A DNA stretch of 64,000 nt from assembly GCA_951406725.2 (NCBI GenBank), contig OX597832.1:31186001-31250000 (forward strand), read 5' to 3'. Origin of the DNA: Octopus vulgaris. Taxonomy: Eukaryota. A program made the translations under genes and the position numbers. Below the pieces are notes generated by a model. That model saw only the letters and a program-made list of their open reading frames with translations. It made no database searches and was not told the DNA's origin. Position 1 is the first letter of the stretch. Every line of letters begins with the position of its first letter. Of this stretch, positions 44,143-58,905 are shown in pieces.

Positions 44143-44220
<78 letters not shown>

Positions 44221-44389
44221 TCTACGATAAATGAGATGAAATTTCTTTCGGACGCAGTTACCGTCAGAACAACAGAAATACTTATTTGTATTGTAGAATA
44301 CGTATTTTCGATGCTTTTAATAAAAGAACAAATATTTGTATGTATGTATACTTATATATACATACTATATACATACATACATATATGTG

Positions 44390-44444
<55 letters not shown>

Positions 44445-44464
44445 TTTCGGTGCAAATAGTTTTG

Positions 44465-44507
<43 letters not shown>

Positions 44508-44942
44508 TAGAAGATAGGTAGATAGATTCGTAAATACCTACATACACACACATGTCCTATGCGTTTAAGCAATATCGTATCATTCATACGCGCCATCCAT
44601 TATACTCCGTGTCGTCTACTTATACAGTCAACCGTTATCTCGCCGCTTCATTCTTTTAAAAAGCTAGTTGATGAAATTATTCGTACATGCTATCGGCAGA
44701 AACGTGACTCTGTCTTGTTCTAGTGCAGAGAAGCAATCGTTTCTAATGTGTTTGGATTTTATTTTTCTTTATATTTCTGAGATTTCTCAGTTATTTAAAC
44801 TCCATCCCTTCACCACACACACACATGTGTAACCAATGGTTTCATGCGAAAAGATCTTCACAATTTTTAAGCGTGCAACCTGGAAATTTTGGTACTCGGT
44901 TCCATTTGGGATAAGAAAATTGAGACGAGTACCAACACTTCC

Positions 44943-44973
<31 letters not shown>

Positions 44974-45129
44974 TGTATGTATGTATGTATGTATGTATGT
45001 ATATATGTATGTTGTGAAACCCCTCACTTCTTTCACATTGCTCTTTAATATTGATGCAGAATAGTGCCGAGCGATGACAATAGAAACTGATCGTTAAATA
45101 CCCTCGGAACACTTTTGCCTACACTAGTA

Positions 45130-45240
45130 CACTAGTACTTATTTTATCGGTCTCTTTTGCCGAACCGCTAAATTACGGGAACATAAACACAGCAATACCG
45201 GTGTCAAGCGCTGGTGGAGGGACAAACACAGACACACACA
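45130..45240 (-). mobile_element. SINE family B fragment
   Basis: ACCGGTGTCAAGCG..GGAGGGACAAACACAGACAC is the reverse complement of the family B middle section. Confidence 0.65.
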
Positions 45241-45268
45241 CAGAGACACACAGACACACAACACACGG

Positions 45269-45314
<46 letters not shown>

Positions 45315-45597
45315 ACACACACATACACACATACACAGAGTCCGAGATTTATGCGTTCCTTTCGACCGATTCGCGTCGTTCACTTCGGTGAACAAGGCCG
45401 CATTGTAGTCGCACCGTGGAAAACTACTGTTAAGCGACCTCATTCTTTTAAAACAGTCGACAATGGTGTTCGGTAGAAACACGAACCTGTGTGAGTGTTT
45501 GTATAGGTGTGTGTGTGTGTGTGTGTGCATGCGTGTGTATGTGTGTGTGGGTGTGTGCATGTGTGTGTGTGCGCGCGCACACGTGCATATGTATGTA

Positions 45598-45692
45598 TAT
45601 TTCCGTTGAAGAGCGTAGGTTCGAAACGTAAAGACTTTCTCGCTATTTCCCAGCGTCAAACTATCTTCATCTTTTTCCTGTAAATTTCAACA
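45598..45692 (+). ncRNA. Second copy of the hammerhead-like mini-element seen at 13165
   Basis: TTT-CCGTTGA-A-GAGC-GTAG-GTTC-GAAA-CG-TA-AAG followed by a related tail ending TAAATTTCAAC. Confidence 0.55.
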
Positions 45693-46592
45693 ACACAAAT
45701 ATATATAAATACGTAATGGACAACTATATATATCTCCTTGAGATTATAGAAAAAACACTTTCAAAATGCGGTTTAAATATGATTTTAAATTCTATATATT
45801 CCACAGTCAAACTCTGTTGGATCGATCTTATGCGAAGCCTTATGACAGATGAATGAGAGTGATGATGGCGGCGTTTTGTTTATATTTTAATCGCTCTCTT
45901 CTGAGGTGGCTTTTGGCTAGCATTTCGTATATCTTCTGAAAATCTCCTAGAATCACAGGAATTGTTTCTATAGCAGAGTCCATCACGAAAATCACTTCAC
46001 CGTTTTCCGTAGACCGGAAAGTCTTATAGTGGACGCGACTGAATGGACATGGGAGAGACAGTTTCCTCTTTTGTCGGTCCCTCTTCAAGTAATTGTCTTT
46101 TTAAGTTTTATTTGGTGAGAAAGATGGGGCAAAGTATTGTTGAAGAGATTGTGTGTGTGTGAGGGGTGGGGGGCACGACTGAAAGGACAACAGGCGGACT
46201 GTTCTCTTCTTTGCCAAGTCCTCTTCTTTCCTTAAAAGTGAGAAAGGTGACGGTGCTACACAATATGTTGACAAGGGGGTGGGGTGGTGGTGGAAATCTA
46301 CGAACGTAGCCCATGTGAATGGGCCCATGCTCAACCTTCGCCTCTTGGCAGAGATACAGCCGGAAGAATGCAATTACCCTTAATAGGGCTGGATTTATGG
46401 GCTTCTTTGCTTAATCTTGGGGACTCTCGTTTATGTGTATAACGCGTCTGTACTCTCCTTTTGCTTCGTATTTGTTCATGTTTCATCTGATGTCCACATT
46501 AACCTGTCCCTGTAAAGTCCCTTTATCTGTCGTCCTTGAGTAGCAATAAAGATTTTTAAAAATCATGATCAATCATCAATCATCATTGTAAT

Positions 46593-47025
46593 GGCAGCGA
46601 GCAGGCAGAATCGTTAGCTCACCGGACGAAATGCTTAGCGGTACTTCGCCCGTTGCTACGTTCTGAGTTCAAATTCCGCCGAGGTCGACTTAGCCTTTCA
46701 TCCTTTCGGGGGGTCAATAAATTAAGTACCAGGGAAACACTGGGGTCGATGTAATCGACTAGTCCCCCGCGCCTATAATAGAAAAGGGTTATTATTATCA
46801 TTATTATTAATGCAGCGATCTGGCAGAATCGTCAACGCGCCGGGCAAAATGCTTAGCAGTATTTAGTTTGCCGCTTATGTTATGAGTTCAAATTCCGTCG
46901 AGGTCGACTTTGCTTTTCATCCTTTCGGGGTCGAAAAAATAAGTACATGTTGAACACTGGGGTTGATGTAATCAACTCATCCACTCCCCCAAAATTGCTA
47001 CCCTTGTGGCAAGATTTGAAATTAT
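46593..47025 (+). mobile_element. Two adjacent SINE family A copies (46593-46775, 46812-47025)
   Basis: Each has GGCAGAATCGT (A box), GAGTTCAAATTCCG (B box), TTTCATCCTTTCGGGG and CACTGGGG. Confidence 0.88.
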
Positions 47026-47033
47026 TATTATCA

Positions 47034-47099
<66 letters not shown>

Positions 47100-47100
<1 letters not shown>

Positions 47101-47410
47101 GCTATTTAAGGGTACATGTATTCTGTCCGAAGCTTCCTACAGCTCTCAAGTGTAATAGATGTGGCTTTTATGCCTCTTCTTTTTCTTTACATTGTAGATG
47201 ATAGTATTTTACGCAAAATACGGGCCCTGACCAGAAGCACAGTTTACCTGACATCACCTCTGGATGTTTACCCAGACAATTCTTCAAGCTTCTTACCCGA
47301 ACCTTGCTTCACAACTCATAGAACCGCCATCTTAACTGGATCTCTTGCTATATCTATCTTCCACATCGTCATTTCATTCCTAAATTCTACACTCTTAAAA
47401 AGACTTTGAA
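47100..47410 (-). mobile_element. R4/Dong-type LINE 3' end with (TAA)n tail
   Basis: Minus translation MWKIDIARDPV...KKLEELSG...TVLLVRARILRKILS, a short 3' UTR, then (TAA)n at 47022-47100. Confidence 0.7.
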
Positions 47411-47576
47411 CCGTTTTTTTTTTACCGATAAACACACACACACACACACATACACACACATACACACACATACACACACACACTCACACACACACACACA
47501 CACACACATGCACTCACGCACGCAGCAGGCACTCACAGTCACATACATACACACACGTATACACATACTCACATAG

Positions 47577-47653
<77 letters not shown>

Positions 47654-48299
47654 TTCGCATTACGGGAAAATTCTGTAAAACGATCTCTGTAACGTGAGAT
47701 CCAAGGACCACTGAACATGGCGCTTCACGGAAAGCACGTTTCACGTTACGGATGATGCGGCAAGATTTTTCAGGAACTCTGAGTTTGCCCAGGCAAGAGA
47801 GTAGCAGGAGTATACACGCATGCGTATTTATGTATGTAATACCGCAGACACGTTTCCATATATATACATTGTTAGGCATGTTGTAGATAATTCTACAATC
47901 CGTTTCCATTGAAAAGGTTTCTTATGGCGACGACAGACGCCATGTTTGTTTCTGGAATCCCCCACGGTACAGTGAACAAAGAAGACTTCACATCTCGAAG
48001 AGTTTCAAATAAACTGAAATGTTTAACAAGTCAAATTAACCGACTTTATTGGTGGCTTTTATTAGATTTTGGTGTTCAGTCTTAGGTCAACGCTGATACA
48101 GCAGATCCAGCCGTGACCATCCCGTTCTTTTTTTGTTTTTTACAGATTTTGACAATAATGTCCAGTGTGAATTATTTCATCATCATTGTAATTTAGCTCC
48201 ATCCGTGACCATCCCATCTTTTTCAAACCCAAGATCACATTGTTACTACTGCTGCTGCTGTTGATGTTGCCGACAATTTTTTTTTTTCCCTCTCACTTT

Positions 48300-49115
48300 C
48301 CATAACTCCTGGATTTTGTTGTTGATGCAGTTATTCTTGCTCTGAGTCCCTGGATATGTTAAGGAGTGTTCTCCTTTCACTAAATGAGGAAACGAAACGG
48401 CTTGGCCTTACAGTTTCTTGGGTCAAGGCACAGATCAAGTTTTCGTTGGCTTCTTGGCGGAGTCCACCTCGTCTGTCTCTGTTGCCGGTGAGAATGTGGA
48501 ATTTGTTGCCCATTTCACTTTTCTCAGCAGTGAAGTTCAGAGTGGCATTAGCTGCGAGTCCGAAGTCTTAGAAAGAATTGGATGAATTGGTTCTGTTGCG
48601 GCTTCGATGGACAAAAATCTTTGGCGTTGTCGATGTCTGTGCAGGAGGACAAAGGCTCGGATTTTTAAGTTTCTTGTCCTCCCTATCCTGCTCTATAGTT
48701 GCGAGGCTTGGACTCTGTCCGGGACCCTCCTTAAGAGCTGTCTGAACTCCTTTCGGTACTTGGACCCTTCGCAGGATTACGGGTTACCGTTAATCGCATA
48801 TCCTGTCCAACCGAAGACTCTACTCAGAGACTGAGACCGCGTCCCGTTACTTGTGGGATTCGGGGATCATCAGCTTCGACAGTTTCGTCATGTTGCTAGA
48901 TTTTCAGGGTTGGATCCTGCGTACTGTGTTCACTTTTTTGAGGATCCGGTTGGGCTGACGGCTCGTGTTGGATGGCCTCATATCATCTCGAAGTGATGGG
49001 GGACTGACTGGCACTCTGCTTGTGGGGTGGCCTTGGATAAACCGAGCATATTCTGACAAATGGTGGAAGCAGCGACGGGCTGTAACGGCGCATGCTCCCA
49101 TTTATGACCTTACCT
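48300..49115 (+). mobile_element. RTE-clade LINE RT 3' fragment
   Basis: DDAVIL-like start, LNEETKRLGLTVSWVK, and MDKNLWRCRCLCRRTKARIFKFLVLPILLYSCEAWTL (RTE LLYG.E.W motif). Confidence 0.85.
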
Positions 49116-49967
49116 TTCACTTTATTTGCGTATCCCCACCACTTTCTTGGAAAGACCAAATCCCTGGGCGTGATTTCTCTTAGTACGCTTGTAACTTGGG
49201 CTTCCTACTCTACACTACATACCCGACCATTTCTAGTCGCGAGCCATTCGTTAAATATTCTTTCAGAATGACCCTAGGGTGTTCGGGAATTCATTGAAAT
49301 TCAGATGTCTTCTGCCGAGCATATCACCGTCTAAAACTGTTTCACCAACTCCATACTCAGCCTGGATCGATGTCTTTCTCCCAATTCTCAGACTGTGATA
49401 CAGACCAATGAGTCTGTATGTAACTCATAGGACCCGAAAAATCCCTCAACCTCCTCTACGTTCAGTAACATACTTCCGTCACTATACTTCCATAACCCTG
49501 GCCCCATCCAATGGTTTGATCGCCTGCCATCTTTCGGTAGGACATCTTCAAATTCCTCTCTTGGTGGATGTAGAATTCAACTTTATTGTCTGTAGCTGGT
49601 ACCGACTTTCATGACATCCAGAATATTGATTTCTAACACTGACATAAAACTCTTGTTTTGTAAGACGTCGAGTAATTGATAAAAATCGATCAAGCTACTT
49701 CACTATTACTTTGGAGTACATGGTATTTATTTTAAAGCTGAAAGGAAGAGACAACGGATGTTCAACATTTCAGACAGTGGTTCTTCAAGAAAAATCTGAG
49801 GAAAAAAGAGAAAAACAAAGTCATGGAGAGGCAATATTACGGTGGTATTGTAGAATACGAATGATACTTCTCTATTATTTTTTTATCAACCATGGAAAGG
49901 TGAATAATAAAATCAAAATTAAAGATGGGTTTTTTCAGTGAAAATATAAGCATACGACACCTACACT

Positions 49968-50128
49968 CACTGCTGCTGTTGCCACTGCTGCTGTTGCCAC
50001 TGCTGCTGTTGCCACTGCTGCTGTTGCCACTGCTGCTGTTGCCACTGCTGCTGTTGCCACTGCTGCTGTTGCCACTGCTGCTGTTGCCACTGCTGCTGTT
50101 GCCACTGCTGCTGTTGCCACTGCTGCTG
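49968..50128. repeat. 15-bp minisatellite (CACTGCTGCTGTTGC) x ~10.5
   Basis: Directly visible perfect repeat. Confidence 0.97.
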
Positions 50129-50794
50129 CGGTCGCTTCTGTGGCCGCGGAGGCGTCGTTAAAACTGTTTTCTCTTTAAGATTAGAAAATACTCCGACTCT
50201 GGTTAGGTTTTAGGCCCTTACAAAGCTCACCTTCTCTCCTTTATATTGGAGCATTTTTAATGCAGGGAATATGGGGTCAGCAGAGCATTTACTTATTTCA
50301 GACAACTTATATTCACTCACAGGTGAATGCGTATGTGAGTACACGCAATCGCGCGCGCGTATATATATATGGACGCAGTCTAATGACTGAAACAAGTAAA
50401 AGATAAGAGAAAGAAATCAAAATCACTAAACAAACAAAAGAGTTAAGTAATATGGTATAATCCCCCAAAAAACATGACCGTACCTTTAAGAAGAGCTAAA
50501 AACTTCTGTATATAGATATGCATACACTTCCTTACGTCGCATAAATACTTTGAAATTTTAAGTAGGAATTCTGTTAAAGTCAGTAATAGATTTTTGGTGA
50601 CGCGGGATCATAAATCTCTAAACGATAAAAAGTTTTGAAACGATGTGACAGACTTAAATGAATATAAATGGGGAAATGCTAGAAACTGTTTCTCCTAAAT
50701 GAAAACACATGTCAAAAAAGCTAGTATTTAGAGCTTCTGGCACGCAAAAAATATATTGTGTTAGATGAAAATATATTTGAAATACGATACACAA

Positions 50795-50910
50795 AGCTAT
50801 AGAAACGAGCCACTCCACTACGTTGTCAAAACATATTTGGTATCTAAAAGAGCGAGCTATAGAAACGAGCCACTCCACTGCGTTGTCAAAACATTTGGTA
50901 TCTAAAAGAG
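50795..50910. repeat. ~60-bp tandem duplication
   Basis: AGCTATAGAAACGAGCCACTCCACT.CGTTGTCAAAACAT(AT)TTGGTATCTAAAAGAG x2. Confidence 0.9.
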
Positions 50911-51396
50911 TGGATAACAATCTCAATAAAATGGACTTTTTGATAAAGCAGACAACCATAGAACCAGTGCCTTGTAGTTGCTAGTTATGCACAAATTATT
51001 AACTGTTCCCGATAATATCTTAAAAGTGGAAGAAAAATCTATTTTCTACGTGTTCATACATAAAAGAAATTTATGTTACAAGTATATCCATGTGACACTC
51101 ATATTTCAATTACATATTGGCCTAATGCCTAATTAGCATAGAATTAAGAATGTGAGAGTTTGGATTCAAGTTTTATGTTTGAAAAAACAAAATTTCATAA
51201 AATGTGAATCAAAAGACATTCCCGCATAAGTAATCTCTCTTTAAGAGGAAAATGGTTTAAGACTGATTTCTGTAAATTAATATTTCTCACAAATTGCACA
51301 AATTACCTGGAATAGCCAATGCAATGAACGTCTTCTGGTATTATTTTGGATATTTTCAGTGATTTTGATATAGAAAATATGTACTTCCTGATGAAA

Positions 51397-51880
<484 letters not shown>

Positions 51881-53096
51881 CATATAAAAGATGGCTGTAC
51901 CAACGAACAGCTGTCATACAACGTCATGAAACTGGCAGTACTCCATGTTTAAGTAAACCGCATGCAACTTTAACCATTTGTCTGTGTCGTCATCTACAAT
52001 CTCTGATGCACCATTTATCCCAGATTTCATTCCAAATCCACGCAATTTCACATCTTAAGGGATTATTTTTCTTAAAAACTTTCCATCTTCTTTCTTCGCA
52101 ATCCAGGAATCAAATGGACATGATGTTCTCTGATTGATACCATACATCATCACTAATATATTAATCAATTAATTAATCAAACAACCAATACACAAGGTAG
52201 ATCGATAACCTTGAGTCCTTTTTAGTCTTATGAAACTTATTGGATTGACTAGACATGATTTCAAGATCCAGCCTTGCTTTATACGCGCAAAGTCTCACCG
52301 AATTTACATTACGTTACGGGTGACGTGCGTTTGTGGAATACTCAGACATTTATAAATAATTAGCTAGAACGATTGGTACAAAAATACTCGAAGGAAACAA
52401 TCCGTATAAAAACACAAAAGCAAAAGTCAAAATCTACAAATTTATAGAAAAGTTGGTTCCCATATATTTAATATGGCGAACAAAGTAATTATACTTTAAT
52501 TAAATTAAAGAAGAAAATATCATTAGCTGCCTTACATTGCATTAAATGTATTAACACTGACTTAACTATTTCTTCTCTATGCAGCTGGTAGCCCTGGGTA
52601 TATCCCCACGGTTAACCTAGTCTATCATACTACGGATACTTTCACCAATACCATCTCTATATACACCCTGGTCGTCTTAGGTCTATTAGTACTGAGAAGA
52701 CTATATCTAGATGATGAAGTTTAATGAGGCGGAAACATGGCCAGAGTTTTCCCTGTTCTGCCAAAGATAAGATCTACTCCCCGCTGCAATATGTGTTTAA
52801 TTAGTTTTTACTGACTTCGCTGCAGAAATTGTCTTCGCTGCCATTTTTGATCAAATCCAATCGCGAATTTAATGATTTTCCTCATTATGGAATGTTATTG
52901 CATCACCATATTAATTAGATTAGGGCTGATCAAGAATTTTTCTCTTGATTAAATATACTGGTGCATCATTCCATCCAAACAACGTGATGTCAATCATATA
53001 AATCTATATCTGTCTGTCTGCCTGAATGTCTGTCTGTCTGTCTATCTATCTATCTCCCCACCTATCTATTTATCTATCTATATGTGTGTGTGTGTA

Positions 53097-53144
<48 letters not shown>

Positions 53145-53149
53145 GTATA

Positions 53150-53185
<36 letters not shown>

Positions 53186-53205
53186 TGTATGTATATATAT
53201 ATATG

Positions 53206-53238
<33 letters not shown>

Positions 53239-53261
53239 ATATATATATATGTATGTATGTA

Positions 53262-53306
<45 letters not shown>

Positions 53307-54304
53307 TACACACACACAGATACACACACACATACATAAATGTATACAACACATACATATTACATATGTAAGTACAGATATATATATATATATATATATA
53401 TATACGAACATACAAGAACATATATACATGCAGGCATGCACATATATTCCATTCATACGTACGTATCGACATATCTACATTATATCTGTGTGCGTATACA
53501 TACATACATAGAAACATACATGCATACATACATACATGCATACATACATACATACATACATACATAGAAACATACATATATACATACATACATGCATACA
53601 TACATGCATACATACATATATATACATATATACATATATAAATACATCAATACACATACATATTTATACATACAGGCATATGTGTATCTGTATGTATGTA
53701 TTCATGCATGTATGTATGTAGTCATGCATGAATGTATGTATGTATGTGAGAGTGTATGAAGGTGTTGATCAATGTATTGACCCTCTAGCTGGTCTATATC
53801 GACTTTGACAGGTTCAAACCTGTGTCCGTCTTGGTAATCGATCCGGTTATCAATGGCCAAACGATGTCAGTGGTCCTTGAGTGTGGCGGAAGGATACAAA
53901 GCCAAAGCACACTTACAGCGGATGTAGACATGGTCGTTTCACTAAAAGTCATCGATACTCTATCTCGCATCACTTGGCTATGGTTGTTGTTGTTATTGTT
54001 GCTGGTGTTGTTGTTATCCTTGTTGTTAGCCTCACCGGAAGGGTCCAATGATTAAAGACGATCCGGCGGTGGCCATCCTGTAATTCTTTCAGACTGAATG
54101 TGTCTTCGGAACCATAATCCATTGTCTATTCTTAAACACAACAGAATTATTTACACACATGCACATATATATATATATATACACAACGGGCTTCTTTCAG
54201 TTTCCGTCTGCCAAATCCACTCACAAGGTTTTGGTTGGCCCGAGGCTATATATATATATATACACATATATACATATATATGCATGTACATATATACACA
54301 CAGA

Positions 54305-54389
<85 letters not shown>

Positions 54390-54741
54390 ACGTACATATA
54401 TCTGACGAGTTTCCACACATTTTGCACCAACCAAATTCCAACCACAACACATTCATCAGTCTGAGGATATAACAGAAGACATTTATCAAAGTTTCTTTGC
54501 AGCCGATCCAAAACCGGAACCACGTGACTGCAAAGTCTACTCCCCCCCCCCCCACCGCCTCACACCATTGTACTTACCATTGCTTTGTATACATTTCGTC
54601 ATCAACAGAAACTCCATTCCAAATAATTATAAAGTAATTAGCTGTAGTTCATCTCATATTCATTCTATTAGGAACACTGCCACCACCACCCCCGCCACCG
54701 TACTCACCAAAATATAAAGAATAGCAGCCATTCATAACATA

Positions 54742-55286
54742 CAGAGTGGACCAAAATGTTCTGGCACATTTGGAGGTTTAATAAAAGCACAAAATAAGAA
54801 ATAATGAAAAGAAACATTTCATTTTCTGAATGCCATTTTATTTCATTAAGTTTTAGAAATTAAATCAGCTAAATGCTTCCCGTCATTGTCAACACACTTT
54901 TGGAGACCTTCATGAAAGATTATCGATAACTCTATGGATCATTTCTTCTGGAATGGTTGCTATTTCTACACAAATTGCACGTTTTAATTCATCAACAGAT
55001 CGAGGGCGATGACTGAATACTTTTCATTTTAAATATCCCCACAAGAAGAAATCCCATTTCACCATTCCAGAAGAAATGATCCATAGAGTTATCGATAACT
55101 TTCATGAACGACTCCAACAGTGTGTTGACAATGACGGGAAGCATTTAGCTGATTTAATTTTTAACACTTAATGAAATAAAATGGCATTATATGTAGATTC
55201 AGAAAATGAAATTTTTCTTTTCATTATTTCTTATTTTGTGCTTTTATTAAACCTCCAAATGTGTCAGAACATTTTGGTCCACCCTG
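54742..55286. mobile_element. Tc1/mariner-derived MITE with ~215-bp inverted arms
   Basis: TA|CAGAGTGGACCAAAATGTTCTG... matches ...CAGAACATTTTGGTCCACCCTG. The interior minus strand encodes DFFLWGYLK..VFSHRPRSVDELKRAI..EIATIPEEMIHRVIDN, a transposase C-terminus. Confidence 0.9.
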
Positions 55287-55664
55287 CAGAAGATGCAAAA
55301 ACCATCTCCACCCAAAATAAAGGACAATAAATTCAAATACAAAAAAAAACTAAAAAAATAATAACGGTAAATGGTAGGAAGGAATTGCTTAATTGAGAAT
55401 GATTAAGGTTGATTCAGGAAAATGTGACGGGATTAGCCGGTGTCTTTTGGTTGACATTGGTGGTGATGTCATTGCACCGAAAAGGGATCGTGATGGGATA
55501 ACATTACATACGGGTATTGAGAAATAAAATATACGCACATACGCTTATACATGCACGCATGCGCGCACACACACACACACACAAATACATAAACACATAC
55601 GTAAGCGTACAGTATGTGTGTGTGTGTGTGTATAAATACACATTAGACGAAGTGTAAACTATCA

Positions 55665-55697
<33 letters not shown>

Positions 55698-56084
55698 CGG
55701 GCAAGAAGCATGGGAATGATAGGCGAATTTGTGAGAGAGAGGGTGAAGGGGAGGAGGTTATTTGGCGGGGAGAGGAAGGAGGAGGAGAGGGAGAGAAAGG
55801 AGCCACGAAACTTTCGGTAGAATAAAGAGCTGAGAGAGAGGATGAGTCTCGAGACAGGTGTTTTCTGGGAGAAGGGGGGAGGGAGGAACGGAGATCTGGG
55901 TGTTAAACGGGTGGAAAGAACAGTAAATGGTAATGACAGATGGTTTGGGTTTGATTAATAATGATATAGTGGTGGAAGTGGTGGTGGTGGTGGTGGTGGT
56001 GGTGGTGGAAGTGGTGGTGGTGTAATGCGGTTGGATTGTTAGAAGCGCGGTTTTTGAGTCTGCAAAAAACAAAGTTGGGCGAGG

Positions 56085-56123
<39 letters not shown>

Positions 56124-56443
56124 AGAAGAAGAAGAAGAAGAAGAAGAAGAAGAAGAAAAGAAGGGAGAATGTTTTGATGAGTGAGCGAGGGAGATGGCGG
56201 GTGTGTGCATAGAAGGGGTGGGGTGGGAATGCAATGGTCTCTTGCTTCGGTGTTTTGACAAAGTGGCACCTTTACAGACACATTACTGATATATATATAT
56301 ATATATATATATACACAAACAAGCGCAATGCATTCATGCATACATACAAACGTACGTACACCCATACACACACGCGTATAAAGTTGAAAAGGAACACACG
56401 AGTTAATATGGATATGGAGAAAAAAGTCAAGGTAGAAAATGCT

Positions 56444-56705
56444 AAAATAATTTTATCATTAAAAAACATTTTAGTACCGGTTCCAGTCATTGAGGCTCTT
56501 TCAACTGTAAGTATGAAAAAAAAAAAGAGAGACGGAGAGAGGCAGAAACAAGGAGAATGCATAGTAGTTGAACACTATGCAAATATTCTTTTAAAAAACT
56601 TTTCTTTTAATTTTTCCAAAATTTAATTGATTTCCATACTTAGAGTTGAAAAAGTCTCAATGGCTGAAACCGGTACTGAAATGGTATTTTATGATAAAAT
56701 AATTT
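56444..56705. repeat. Imperfect ~75-bp inverted repeat, each arm with a degenerate hammerhead-like motif
   Basis: Arms 56444-56519 and 56631-56705; the right arm reads AG-TTGAAAA-AGTC-TCAAT-GGCT-GAAA-CCGG-TA^CT; followed by (TA)n. Confidence 0.75.
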
Positions 56706-56823
56706 ATATATATATATATATTAGAAGCTTCGAGTGACCCGTCTGTTTTTTTGTGTCGTCTCCTTGTGTGTTTTTGCGTTCTTGTCCCACTTTGTAATTT
56801 ATATTTTATATTTAATTTCTATA

Positions 56824-56912
<89 letters not shown>

Positions 56913-57049
56913 GTCACCAACGGTGTAAATAACATGAAATACGTAAACAACGAAAAAAAGGGAAAACAGGACAAGTTAACACAGAGAAAGGACCCTTCAT
57001 CAGTTGAGACCATGGAATAAGTAAAATGCTTAAAAAGGAAAATAAGCAC

Positions 57050-57148
57050 AGGGGCCGATTCACTCGACTAAACAGTTCCTGAAGGTGGTGCCCCAGTATG
57101 GCCGTAGCCTAATGTCCGGAACAAGCGAATGGTAAAAGATAAGAGAGT
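57050..57148 (+). mobile_element. SINE family B 3' tail
   Basis: CGATTCACTCGACTAAA..GGTGCCCCAGTATGGCCG..CTAATG..AAAAGATAAGA. Confidence 0.75.
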
Positions 57149-57939
57149 AACGAAAATTGGTATCTCTGCAAGGAAAGCACATGCACACGCAAAACATACA
57201 AAGAGATACACATAGACACACTGACATTTACGTACACAAAGAAACGCAGACACACAAACACGCACACACACATACATAGATAGACAGCAAAACACACACA
57301 AACATACATATACACCCACAGACAGATGGAGTGTGTACACACGCACACACTCAATACGAGCACACAACATCACACGCTAAAAACCTCAGCTAAACTCCCC
57401 CGTTCCCGGATCACAATAAAATACATCAAAGATGAAACCGGAAGTGCCACCATTAACATCCTTCTGATGTCTACAACTCAACACAGGAAGTAACCAATCA
57501 ACGAACGAGATAACAAGGGCACCTCTTGGTGGTGGTTCAATCCGCTAAAAGTAGCAGCTAAATCTAGCCTCAAATTTAAACACTTAAAAATATCGCCTTT
57601 TAAAGAAGACACATTCGATGTGTTGTACAAGGTAGACGATGTCAAGTAATATGGCATAGTCATGACATAACCACCACAACGGAAACAGCAACGCTACCAC
57701 CACCACCATCACCGCCACAAGCACCACGACTATCACCCTCGTACTACCTCAACAACAAACACAACACTACTTCAATTACCTCTACCACCGTCACCCCCTC
57801 CTCGCACCTTAACTATTATCACACTAACACCTTCACCACCGCCGCCACCACCACCACCGCCACCACCACCACCACCACCACCATCACCACCACCACCATC
57901 ACTACTACTACTACTACTACTACTACTGTTGGTTGCAGA

Positions 57940-58158
57940 TTTTGGCTCAAGTCCAACAATTTCGGTGGTGGTGGTGGTGTTGGTGGTGGGGAGGTTAGTC
58001 GACTCCAGTACACAACTAGTACTCTCATTTTATCGACCCTGAAAGGATGAAAGGCAAAGATGACCTCGGCGGAATTTTGAACTGGGAACGTGAAAACGGA
58101 CGAAATGCCTTTAGGCATTTCCTCCGGCATGTCAACGACTCTGTCAGCTCGTCGCCTT
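57940..58158 (-). mobile_element. SINE family A, diverged
   Basis: TTTTATCGACCCTGAAAGGATGAAAGGCAAAG..ACCTCGGCGGAATTT..CTGTCAGCTCGTCGCC. Confidence 0.8.
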
Positions 58159-58235
58159 TGCTGCAAATACTAATATTGACTATACTATAAATACTTAAAG
58201 CCTGAGGAGTTCTTTTCACACAAAATAAAAAGCCA

Positions 58236-58313
<78 letters not shown>

Positions 58314-58473
58314 ACATACCACATAATTGATTTGCTATATTGATTGTATTTGAGAAGTTAAGTTCGCCTGTTTTGCCATGTGGATTTGACTTCTTAAATA
58401 ATTCATAGAAATGGCTTCTCGCTGGTCACTGGCTTTGTATTTCTGGTGGTTGACTTTCTCCGGTGCCTCACAC

Positions 58474-58508
<35 letters not shown>

Positions 58509-58670
58509 AAACTGTTGATAGCGAAACATGTCTATGATTAATCTATATTTTTGTTTCTTTTCATTTGTCTTGCTCGCTTACGTTCTGGCGTTTGCTACAT
58601 TTTTTTGAGAACATTGCTTTCTTAGTGGTACGACCATAGCGGATCTACTTCTAGCATAATGGTTGTCCAC

Positions 58671-58709
<39 letters not shown>

Positions 58710-58778
58710 GGAGTAAACACATAAATGTGAAACAAGGTGGAAAAAAGAGTACTCAAATACCAGTGGTAGAGTAATATG

Positions 58779-58905
58779 CTTTATTTTAAGCAGCAGAAAA
58801 TTCAACAAAATCTGTTACTCTGAGTTTCTCGTTGCCGTTCATCAGAACGGCAACGAGAAACTCAGAGTAACAGATTTTGTTGAATTTTCTGCTGCTTAAA
58901 ATAAA

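Noticed and set aside
45840-46560. 82-aa minus ORF and adjacent LTR-like segment (also 34500-35100)
   Set aside because: No recognisable domain, paired LTR, PBS/PPT or TSD.
49925-50161. Leu-rich (LLLLP)n ORF
   Set aside because: Translation of the 15-bp minisatellite.
52705-52748. ATGATGA...GGAAACATGGC hammerhead-like remnant (also 22405-22445 and 56990-57005 on minus)
   Set aside because: The core or stems are too degenerate or incomplete to support individually.
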